A DNA stretch of 17,955 nucleotides. Origin: Octopus sinensis. Its lineage: Eukaryota. Both the position numbers and the translations under genes were made by a program. Location: the NCBI RefSeq assembly GCF_006345805.1, contig NW_021824718.1, forward strand, positions 1-17,955, given 5' to 3'. A model generated the notes under the pieces. The model had not been told where the DNA came from. It made no database searches and saw only the letters and a program-made list of their open reading frames with translations. Numbering within the stretch: position 1 is the first letter of the stretch; each line of letters opens with the position of its first letter. This document shows positions 1 through 10,022 of this stretch, piece after piece.

Positions 1-584
1 TTGGACCCACCGAGATTACAGATAGACTTGATTTCTATATGTGTTTCACGTACAAGCTTTTTATCTCTCTATACTTTTTACTTATATTTCTTATATATTT
101 TTTATATATACTTTTACATATTTATAGAGATATTGGTTTATAGTTTTATTGCTCATATATTTTTTAAACATAATTTTTCTGTATTTTGCCTTACGCCGTG
201 CTTTTTCTTGTGCATATGCGTATCTAGACGTGTGTATGAAACTTTTTTGTGCGCGCGTGTGTGTGTATGCGAGCGTGTATGCTGGTTTGTATATATTTTT
301 TGGCGTATATGTGGGTGATCATGTGTGTGTTTCAAGTGAGGGTTGATGAGTATATACATATAGGCGCATGTACTTGGGTGTGCGGGCGCGCATGTGTATG
401 TATGGACATGCGCACTTACGCGTTTACTATGGACATTTTTGCTCCCTTACCATTACTCCCTCCCCTTACTTAGCGGTCATTCCAATAGCTCTTTTATCTT
501 CATAACGGTCAATCACAGTAATTTCCCTTTATTTTTTAGCCCCGACATCCGAAACTCGAATAATTGTCACATATTATATTTATA

Positions 585-745
585 ATATATATATATATAT
601 ATATATGATATATATATAATATACATACATACAACCCACACACCACCATATACATTAACACACTCACGCACACACATACACGCACGCACACACACACACG
701 CACACACACACGCACACGCACACACACACACACGCACACACACAT
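585..745. repeat. (TA)n and (CA)n microsatellites
   Basis: Direct reading of the sequence. Confidence 0.95.
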
Positions 746-827
746 GATGGAATCTATCGTCGAAGCCGACGTATGAGCGTTCAGCTTTTGCCGAAAGATC
801 TGCACAAAGGATTTGTTTATTGTGATC

Positions 828-965
828 AAATGCTCGTGCCGCTCATTATCTGAAGAGGTGCCCTGTGTGCCACGCGTCAGGTGCCGAAGTGATTGCAGAG
901 CAACATGAGACGAAGTGTTTTGCTCAAGAACATAACGCACCGCCCAGTCTAGGAATTGAAACCAC
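828..965 (-). mobile_element. Fragment of a tRNA-derived, CORE-like SINE (family D; 5' part missing)
   Basis: Minus strand reads GTGGTTTCAATTCCTAGACTGGGCGG (B-box-like; resembles the head of the SINEs at 3194-3537 and 14243) then GTTCTTGAGCAAAACACTT, similar to the CORE-type CCTTGGGCAAGTCACTT. Confidence 0.55.
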
Positions 966-1055
966 TTACATACACACAAATTTATATAGAAAGGCGGTTT
1001 ATTTGACGTGTTATATAAATAGTCCGATGAGGGTTTCTTTATGTTTAACGCTTTC

Positions 1056-1057
<2 letters not shown>

Positions 1058-1093
<36 letters not shown>

Positions 1094-1250
1094 TAGGTAG
1101 CATATATATAATATATACATAAATATATATATATATATATATACATATATATAGTAATACATACATACACACGCAAAATATGCATGTGTACATTTTTAAA
1201 TATATCTTTAAAAAATGTATACTATCTATCTATCTATCTATCTATCTATA
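1058..1250. repeat. (TA)n and (CTAT)n microsatellites
   Basis: Direct reading of the sequence. Confidence 0.95.
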
Positions 1251-1299
1251 ATATTTTTTTCATTGATTTGCATTTGAGCGAAGGCTTCCAGCAGTCTCG

Positions 1300-2930
1300 A
1301 GCATTTAGTTCGGTAAGTAGCGACGTGTACGTTTTCAAACAGTTCTTTACACAACATGTGCTGTAGAATAATTTGGTACTATTTAAAATATATGAATATA
1401 TACAGAGAAAGTAATCGATGAAGCGTTGTTAAAAATTAATTCAATCATTGCGCATGGCAAGAAAAAGCTATATGCAAGAGCATCAAATGATATTGCTAAG
1501 ATGAGATACAGCGGTCATCTACTGCAATGATATAGTTTCCACATACTTAAAATTATTTTTCAAGTAACGAGCGAACGAGGTGGGTTCTACACAGGAGCAG
1601 GACTTACTAACAGAGGAACCCTATCGTTCTTGAACTGATAAAGATTTTAGTTTAAAAATCTTGGGCATTCTATTTCACTGAGCTCTTTCATAGATTTATG
1701 CAAAGAAATATTCATTTTTATTTAAAAAAATTGTTTCCTGGTATCAATACGAGTTTATATTTGTTACAGTTGACGTCAGTAAATTCTTTTCTACTCTAGG
1801 CACAAGGTCCGAAATTTTGGGGGAGGGGGCCAGTCGATTAGATCGACCCCAGTACTTGACTGGCACTTAATTTATCGACCCCGAACGGATGAAAGGCAAA
1901 GTCGATCTCGGCGGAATTTGAACTCAGAACGTAAAGACAGATGAAATACCTATTTCTTTATTACCCACAAGGGACTAAACACAGAGGGGACAAACAAGGA
2001 CAGGCAAACGGATTAAGTCGATTACATCGACCTCAGTGCGTAACTGGTACTTAATTTATCGACCCCGAAAGGATGAAAGGCAAAGTCGATCTCGGCGGAA
2101 TATGAACTCAGAACGTAAAGACAGACGAAATACCTATTTCTTTACTAACACAGAGGGGACAAACAAGGACAGGCAAACGGATTAAGTCGATTACATCGAC
2201 TCCAGTGCGTAACTGGTACTTAATCTATCGACCCCGAAAGGACGAGAGGCAAAGTCGACCTCGGTGGAATTTGAACTCAGAACGTAACGGCAGACGAAAT
2301 ACGACTACGTATTTCGCTCGGCGTGCTAACGATTCTGCCAGCTCCCCGCCTTAAAGACATCAATAAAATACAACCACTGATCAGCAACACCCAACAAATT
2401 TAAAAGCGTTCTGGAATCAAAATGATTGGTTGACGTTGGATTAATCTTATAATTTGTAGAAACGTTTTTAGTGATATTTCTGGAGAAAGTTGATTTGCAA
2501 ATATTTTCCAACATTTATAATTTCAGAAGTATAAACAGAAACGGTAAAAAGCGCCCTCTCGCAGTGGACAAAATTTAGCTTTGTGATTGATTCCTGAAGT
2601 TGAAAGCCTTCAATAATAAAAGAAATTTGAAAATCATATGCTGATAAAATATATAAAATTTGGAATTTATAAGAATTTTCTGGACAAATTAGATTTCGTA
2701 ATTGCCTTTCTTCTCTTTTTACTAAAAGTCACATTTTCTCCTCAAATTAGTAAGTAGGTTTCTTTATCAAAGTATAGACATCAGTTTCTTTAAATTTTTA
2801 ATATTAAATTCCGAAAGCAGATCAAAAGCAATTTGAGTTTTTACGTCATTTCCGCTGTTTATGATATATTCCACCTGGTTTGGCAATGTATATACAACCA
2901 TTAAATGCATGGCGAGCAAGTATAATTTAT
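1300..2930 (-). pseudogene. Decayed Penelope-like element (PLE) reverse transcriptase remnant, interrupted by the SINE at 1784-2352
   Basis: Collinear minus-strand motifs, translated by hand: ETDVYTLIKKPT (starts 2788), HKAKFCPLR (2585-2559), VSVYTSEIINVGKYLQINFLQ (2542-2480), LYFIDV (2373-2356); beyond the SINE and in a single frame: TNI (1764-1756), YLKNNFKYVETISLQ*MTAV (1566-1507), QRFIDYFLCIY (1428-1396). The order matches PLE RT motifs (Y..L..DPT, HK..PLRP, DV.SLYTNI, NN.F, RF/YIDD). Many stops and frameshifts; spacings fit only approximately. Confidence 0.5.
1784..2352 (-). mobile_element. tRNA-derived SINE family A (Meta-SINE-like body), internally triplicated
   Basis: One head (AGGCGGGGAGCTGGCAGAATCGTTAGC, 2352 downward) followed by three copies of the body GAGTTCA(A/T)ATTCC(G/A)CCGAG(A/G)TCGACTTTGCC...GGGGTCGATA(A/G)ATTAAGT(A/G)CCAG with periods of 184 and 169 bp. 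Ends CCTAGAGTAGAAAAGAA. Same family at 5185-5507 and 8581-8783. Confidence 0.9.
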
Positions 2931-3024
2931 CTACACATCTTAGCAAGAAGCATGAATGCATGTATTGGCAAAATAAAGAGAATTTATAAATGTTTAACAC
3001 AGTATCTTTCTCTCTTTCTCTATC

Positions 3025-3190
3025 TGTTTGTGTGTGTGTGTGTATATGTATATATGTGTGTGTGTGTGTGTGTATGTGTGTGTTTATATTTATATATATA
3101 TATAAACACATATATATATAAGTACATACATAACGCATATACACACATACAAACACACACACGCACACACACACACAAACACACACACAT
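3025..3190. repeat. (TG)/(TA)/(CA) compound microsatellite
   Basis: Direct reading of the sequence. Confidence 0.95.
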
Positions 3191-3193
3191 ATC

Positions 3194-3537
3194 GTGGCAC
3201 TCCGTCGGTTTCGACGACGAGGGTTCCAGTTGATCCGATCAACGGAACAGCCTGCTCGTGAAATTAACGTGCAAGTGGCTGAGTACTCCACAGACACGTG
3301 TACCATTAACGTGGTTCTCGGGGAGATTCAGCATGACACAGAGTGTGACAAGGCTGGTTCCTTTGAAATACAGGTACAACAGAAACAGGAAGAAAGAGTG
3401 AGAGAAAGTTGTGGTGAAAGAGTACAGCAGGGTTCGTCAGGTGTTTTCGCTCAATAAACACTCACAACGCCCGGTCTGGGAATCGAAACCGATCTCATGA
3501 CCGCGAGTCCGTTGCCCTAACCACTGGGCCCTTGTGC
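3194..3537 (-). mobile_element. tRNA-derived SINE family C, near full length
   Basis: A box TGGCCCAGTGG-like (GGCCCAGTGGTTAGGG) and B-box-like GTTTCGATTCCC on the minus strand; head about 90% identical by eye to the copy at 14243-14350; 3' end ...CGAAACCGACGGAGTGCCAC. Explains the ORF 3194..3457. Confidence 0.88.
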
Positions 3538-3559
3538 ATATATATATATATATATATAT

Positions 3560-3595
<36 letters not shown>

Positions 3596-4388
3596 CCTAT
3601 ATATATGTGTGCGTGTGTATGTTTCGTTGATGTATATCGACATAGGAATGGCAAAGGAATTACAGACACACGCCTGTCACCGCCATCGAAACCAGAAATA
3701 CTATGACGAAGCGGTTGTGACGTTATAAAAAAAAACAAACTAACATCTCCCATCCAAGGCTCTTGCAGTCACGACGCTACAGTTTACTAGTTCCTCTATA
3801 AGATAATTTGTACATTAGACAAACTGAATATCCATTTTTTCTTATGCAAAAGAGATAACAATTTGTACAATTGATATTCGTCTTTCTCAACTATTGCTAA
3901 TTATTTCATTCCTGTTATTTTATTTTTTTATTGTCTAACATCAATATGGTTTTGATGGAGAAAACTTGAAAGACAACTCAGCCATGCCCACACCACCTTT
4001 TGATATTTTATGCTGATATGCGGCATTAGTATTTTAGTTTTTGTTATTGTTTTAGCTGTTAATTAACTTCCGGTCAACCGTAGCCAAACGGACCAATGGT
4101 CAAAGTCGCACTAGCGTTGACTGTCCTATCTTTGGCTGTGATACAGTCGATATATAATGCTCTGGTGCACAACTTCTTGGTTTCAAGGGTAGCTGTGCGT
4201 GACTGTGGTTCTGAACAGGTTAATCACCTTTCTAATCTCTGTTGATCACTTGTTTTGACCAACAGGACGAAAGTTTCTTAACCAATGAGAAACAAGCGCT
4301 GAAACGCCGATGCAAGAAGTTTGTGGACCACGACAGGGGCTATATTGAAGAATAAACCTCATCTGGTTACATTTCATGAGAATATCTT

Positions 4389-4540
4389 GGTTGTGTGGTA
4401 AGTAGCTTGCTTGCCAACCACATGGCTCTGGGTTCAGTCCCACTGTGTGGCAGCTTGGGCAAGGGCCATCTACTATGGCCTTGGGTCGACCAAAGCCTTG
4501 TGAGTGAATTTAGTAGATGGAAACTGAAAGAAGCCCGTCG
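4389..4540 (+). mobile_element. tRNA-derived CORE-like SINE family B, head + CORE only
   Basis: GGTTGTGTGGTAAGTAGC (A box region), GGGTTCAGTCCC (B box region), CTTGGGCAAG (CORE-like), ending GGAAACTGAAAGAAGCCCGTCG then TA/TG repeats; paralogous to 10749-10905. Confidence 0.88.
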
Positions 4541-4689
4541 TATATATGTGTCGTATGTATGTGTGTGCCAGTTCAGTTGTTTGGCCTCATGTTAGCCTTG
4601 GTGGAGCAGACCTTTGATCGAAGACAATCAGCCGTGACTATTCCTTCTTTTGATGCAGTACAGTTTATATACTGTCTTATCCTTTATAT

Positions 4690-4894
4690 TTTCTTTGTGT
4701 CAGTCATTAATCTGCGGCCATGCTGGAGCACTGCCTTGAAGAATTTCTAGTTGAATGAGTCGACCCTAGTGTTTACTTTTTTTAAAAAGCATGATACTTA
4801 TTCTGTCAGATACTTTTGCCGAACCACTAAGTTAAGGGAACGTAGAATACCAACGCCGGTTGTCAAACGGTAGTCACACACACACACACACACA

Positions 4895-4925
<31 letters not shown>

Positions 4926-4951
4926 CACACCACACACACACACACACCACA

Positions 4952-5008
<57 letters not shown>

Positions 5009-5165
5009 CGATGGTCTTCTTTCAGTTTCCGTCCACAAAATCCACTGACAAGGCTTTTGTCAACCTGAGGCTATAGTAGAATACGCTCGCCAAAGGTATC
5101 ACACAATAGGACTGAACCCTGAACCATGAGGTTGGAAGCAAGCTTCTTACCTGAGAGCCACGCCT
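4690..5165 (-). mobile_element. SINE family B, full composite form: head + CORE + internal (TG)n + 3' module
   Basis: Head/CORE at 5010-5165, (CA)n at about 4875-5005, 3' module at 4690-4870 (GGCCATGCTGGAGCAC..., GCCGAACC(A/G)CTAAGTT) matching 12914-13105 and 15227-15390. Confidence 0.85.
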
Positions 5166-5184
5166 GAGCCTCGACGCAGCCACG

Positions 5185-5507
5185 CCCGTATTTTTGCGGT
5201 TATCTTCCAGTTCAAACTGACTCGAGATCGACTTTGCTTTTTATACTTCCGGTGTCGATGAAGTAAATACTGAAAACTGGGGTCGATATAAGTGACTTGC
5301 CCTTCCCTTTAAAACTGCTAGCCTTCTGTCACAATTAGAAACTTTTAATTCGGGATCTTTTCATTCTGAGCTCGAATTCTACCGAAGTCGACTTTGCCTT
5401 TCATCCTTTCGGTATCGATAAAATAAGTACCAGTTGATATCCGGGGGTCGATGCAATCTTTTAGCCTCACCCCCTAAACTTATTAACCTAATGTCAAAAT
5501 TAGAAAT
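5185..5507 (+). mobile_element. Two diverged tandem copies of the SINE family A body
   Basis: GATCGACTTTGC...GTCGATGAAGTAAATAC...CTGGGGTCGAT (about 5185-5343) and GTCGACTTTGCCTTTCATCCTTTCGGTATCGATAAAATAAGTACCAG...GGGGTCGAT (about 5355-5507). Confidence 0.75.
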
Positions 5508-5519
5508 ATTTCCCTTGTT

Positions 5520-5945
5520 GTTATTTAACTCCAGTTAAATCCAGTTCGAACAGATGTAAGATCAAAGGCAATCCAGTCATAACGATGGCAATTTTTTAAT
5601 GCGCCAGAATCCAGGATGCGTTATTTTTTATTTTTACTGTCATTTAGCCCCAGGTAAACGGTGGTTAAACATGTCTAAGATCAAAAACAAACCAGATACG
5701 ACAATATCATCTGATATAAAGTTTGTATACTCTCTTTGTTTTGAGAATATGTTGGTCAGCTTCAAGTAATCCATGGACTAATTAATCTATGATCAAAAAC
5801 AATCTGGACATGCCCATACCAATTTTGATATGGTGCAGTTGACAAACTGTCTTAAAACTGAGTTACTGGTGTTGTTTAACCGCAGATTATTCGTGGTCGG
5901 GCAAAACTATAATCAAGTGGTTTCCGACAATGATTGCACAATCTT
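5520..5945 (+). repeat. Degenerate four-unit tandem array (period 112-120 bp) of a ~75-nt module
   Basis: (G/A)ATCAA anchors at 5560, 5679, 5791 and 5911, each preceded by TTTA(A/G)C(C/T)C..AG-like sequence; related single copies at 4062-4133 and 4580-4651. Confidence 0.55.
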
Positions 5946-6164
5946 TCTTTATCTCATAGTGTATGGTTTGAAAGAGCTTTGGCTGCTATTTCGTGCAGGG
6001 TGAGCGATCGCTTAAAGCCTCCATGTATTTTTATACACATGTTCCAAATATCCACGTGTGAGGCTGGTTGTCGAAGACTTTACGAAACGTCAATCCATAA
6101 AACGGTCAAATTTTTTTCTTTGTTTTCTCAGGTCTTCGATAACAGCTCACTTTACGAATATATG

Positions 6165-6250
<86 letters not shown>

Positions 6251-6460
6251 ACGTGCGTGTATGTATGCATATATACATGCGCATACACACATACGCCATA
6301 TCTGTATACATATACATATGCTTATATATACATATATATATGTATATGTATATATTATATATATATATATATAATATATATATATATATATAATATATAT
6401 ATTATTATGTTATTATATATACATACACACACACACACATATATATATATATATGAATAT
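6165..6460. repeat. (CA)n of about 42 units followed by compound (TA)n microsatellite
   Basis: Direct reading of the sequence. Confidence 0.95.
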
Positions 6461-6754
6461 AATGCATATCATATAATATTAAATATCCAAGTATATAATG
6501 TGTGTGTGCATACACATTCTTTCATCCCTTTTTTGACACCCTTTTAGGTCCATCGGCAAAATGCTTTTATTTCTCAGATAAGCAGCCTAGCCCTGTTTGC
6601 AGGAAAATATAGAAGCACGGATGTCAGCCCTATGCGGCGCATTGTCAAGGACTTTTACGATAATGACATATAGTGACATGAAAGCTTGTATTGGAATCGA
6701 CAAGTTTGTCAAAGTTACTCCAAAATGGGAGAGTGGGGGAAATGTAAAGAAACG

Positions 6755-6755
<1 letters not shown>

Positions 6756-6787
<32 letters not shown>

Positions 6788-6935
6788 AAAATAATAATAA
6801 TAATAATAACAATAATAATAATAATAAATAATAATAATAATAATAATAATAAAAATAATAAAAATAATAAAAATAATAATAATAATAATAAAAAAATAAT
6901 AATAATAGTAATAATAATAATAATAGTAATAATAA
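6756..6935. repeat. Imperfect (AAT)n microsatellite
   Basis: Direct reading; produces the poly-I/N/L/Y ORFs at 6645-7013. Confidence 0.95.
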
Positions 6936-7364
6936 TGTTAATTGATATACTAGGAATGATAAAAAATTATGAAAACGCATATATATCATAAGGTTCATTA
7001 CTTTACTACACAAAATAGCAAAAAATAAATGCTATTAGTCAGCTATACGTTTCATACCAGCTACTATCATCATTTCAGTAACGTAAATAACATAATATAT
7101 TCTTCACACAATCAATATAATCTGCATATATTCTACATTACTGCTATCAAATACTATAACTCATAAATTAATATATGCATTTGAAATAGCTTCAGATTAA
7201 AATACTGGTCTCTTTGGAACAAAAATATTTCATGTAGCGCCATTCAATGTTTGTATATATATATATATATATCATAAATTTCATACACACTGGTATACTA
7301 CAATACATACTACACAACATAGATTCTTCGTAAGTGCTGCTGGCCATCTGCCGCCTATCGGCTC

Positions 7365-7565
7365 TCGATAGATAGATAGTTAGATAGACAGATAGAGAGG
7401 CAGACAGGCAAACAGACAGCCAGATAGGTAGATAGATAGATAGATAGACAGATAGGCAGACAGTCAGATAGATAGATAGATAGACAGATAGATAGACAGA
7501 TAGATAGTTAGATAGATAGATGACAGACAGACAGACACGCAGTCAGTAAGATAGACAGATAGATA
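7365..7565. repeat. (GATA)/(GACA)n compound microsatellite
   Basis: Direct reading of the sequence. Confidence 0.95.
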
Positions 7566-7597
7566 AATATACAATTATTCAATTTCCCTTCTTCATT

Positions 7598-8520
7598 GAA
7601 CCTTTCCAAGGAGTCCTCCCTCTCATCGGAACTTTCCAGGAAGTACTCATCCACCTAGGAACTTTCCAGTAAATCATCCCTCTCCTCCCCGTCATTGGAA
7701 CTTTACAGAAAATACTCCCCCTCATCGGAGGTATCCAGGAAGTCCCCCCTCTTCCCATTCCTTGGAATTTCCAGGAGGTCACACCCTCCTCCTCTCCACC
7801 ATACATTGGTACTTTTCAGGAGGTCATCCCCTCCTCGGAACTATTCAGGAAGCCATTCCCCTCCATCCCTTCCGTCCGTGCCTGGAACTCTCTAGTAAGT
7901 GCTTTCCTCCGCGGGACTTTGCAGGAAGTCCTCCGCCTCATCGGAACTTTCCAGGACTTTTTACCCCTCCCATTTCTTGAAGCTTTCCAAGAAGTCCTCC
8001 CACTCCTCGGAACTTTCCAGGAAGTACTCATCCACCTAGGAACTTTCTAGGAAGTCATCCCTCTCATCCCCTGCCTCCATTTCCTCGGAACTTTCCAGGA
8101 AGTCCTCCACTTCCTACCTTTCCTTGTAAATCTCCAGAAAGAACGCCCCCTCTTTGGAATTTCTTGGAAGTCCTTCCTCGCTTCCCATTCCTTGGTACGT
8201 TCGAGGACGACATCCCCCTCTCCTACCTCCCCTTCCTTGGAACTTTCCAGGAAGCTATCCAAAACCTAGGAACTTTCCCTGAAGTCACCCCACCTCCACT
8301 TCCTCCACTTCCTTTGAACATTCTAGGAAGTTACGAACCTCCTCCCCTTCCTTCCCCCTAGACACTTTCCAGGAAGTCATCGTCATTTCGCCTTCCTTAG
8401 AACTTTACAGGTAATCTCCCTGCTCTTCGGAACATTCCAGGAAGTCCTCCTCTTCACCCTTGGAACTTTCCAGGAAATACTCCCACGTTTCCCATTCTTG
8501 GGACTTTCTAGGACGTCACC
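7598..8520. repeat. Minisatellite of 26 units, core GGAACTTTCCAGGAAGT, C-rich spacers, period 29-48 bp
   Basis: Core starts counted at 7598, 7628, 7658, 7697, 7727, 7764, 7808, 7837, 7884, 7913, 7943, 7978, 8009, 8039, 8087, 8125, 8156, 8194, 8239, 8269, 8315, 8360, 8399, 8429, 8462, 8500. Confidence 0.95.
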
Positions 8521-8580
8521 CCTCGACCTCTTCCTTATTATTATTATCATTATTATTATTATTGACATTTAATATATATT

Positions 8581-8783
8581 TCTTTACTGCCCACAAGGGG
8601 CTAAACATAGAGGGGACAAACAAGGGACTAAGTCGATTACATCGACCCCAGTGCGAAACTGGTACTTTATTTATCGACCCCGAAAGAATGAAAGGCAAAG
8701 TCGACCTCGGCGGAATTTGAACTCACAACGTAACGACAGACGAAATACCGCTAAGCATTTCGCCCGGCGCGCTAACGTTTCTG
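8581..8783 (-). mobile_element. SINE family A, single copy missing about 12 nt of its 5' end
   Basis: CAGAAACGTTAGCGCGCCGGGCGAAATGCTTAGCGG...GAGTTCAAATTCCGCCGAGGTCGACTTTGCC...GGGGTCGATAAATAAAGTACCAG; its tail matches the linker between units at 1950-2020. Confidence 0.9.
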
Positions 8784-8802
8784 ATCATATAGTGATCGTC
8801 AT

Positions 8803-9360
<558 letters not shown>

Positions 9361-9599
9361 ATTCAGCGATCTAAAATGTCATTGTTCTCTATTGGAAGTG
9401 AAAGAATAGTTCAGAAATGTTGATTTTCAATGATGCAAGTCTCTAGTTTTTCTTCTTGGGATTATTATCATTATTATTATTATTATTGGTTGATACTAAG
9501 AAATGTTGAAAGTGAAAGTAAAATACAAAGCGAAAGAGAATATGCAAAAGAAAAAAAAATATCAAACAAAACAGCACTCCTAAGACAAGGAAATAAAAA

Positions 9600-9765
9600 A
9601 GCAACAGAAAAAAAGAAGAAAAAAGACAGGAAAAAGAAAAAAAACAGAGAAAAAAGAAGAAAAAAGACAGGAAAAAGAAAAAAAACAGAAAAAAGAAGAA
9701 AAAAGACAGGAAAAAGAAAAAAAACAGAAAAAAGAAGAAAAGAGAAAAACAGAAAAAAAAAGCAA
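9600..9765. repeat. A-rich purine minisatellite, about 3.5 units of 39-41 bp
   Basis: GACAGG anchors at 9625, 9666, 9705 within AAAAG/AAGAA runs. Confidence 0.9.
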
Positions 9766-9978
9766 AAGGAACAATAAATTAATAAATAAAATAAAAAGCG
9801 TAATAAAAATGATATTGAAGTAGAGAGGTGTGATATCTTTAATCTCATATAATATTATTGGCTGGCTAATGAAGATTTTTATCCAACATACTATCACATT
9901 TCCCAATAGCTTGCTGGAAATGCAATATAAATCACAGATTAAAAACAATTATGTAATAAAGAAATTAAGATACCGACG

Positions 9979-10022
<44 letters not shown>

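Noticed and set aside
1290-1320. Plus-strand donor TCG|GTAAGT at 1313
   Set aside because: No convincing upstream acceptor or exon; region is better explained by the minus-strand PLE remnant.
4389-5165. Inverted pair of family B heads as a dsRNA stem
   Set aside because: Arms are visibly diverged (roughly three-quarters identical) and about 470 nt apart; much weaker than the pair at 13961-14352.
6111-6165. Strong plus-strand acceptor TTTTTTCTTTGTTTTCTCAG|
   Set aside because: Leads into (CA)n with no donor; probably a chance pyrimidine tract.
7598-8520. CRISPR-like repeat/spacer appearance of the minisatellite
   Set aside because: Eukaryotic context, degenerate repeats, spacers only 12-31 nt and similar to each other, no cas genes.
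7579-8568. ORFs with recurring TSWKVP or GTFQE motifs
   Set aside because: They occur in several frames on both strands and are broken by stops and by unit lengths not divisible by three.
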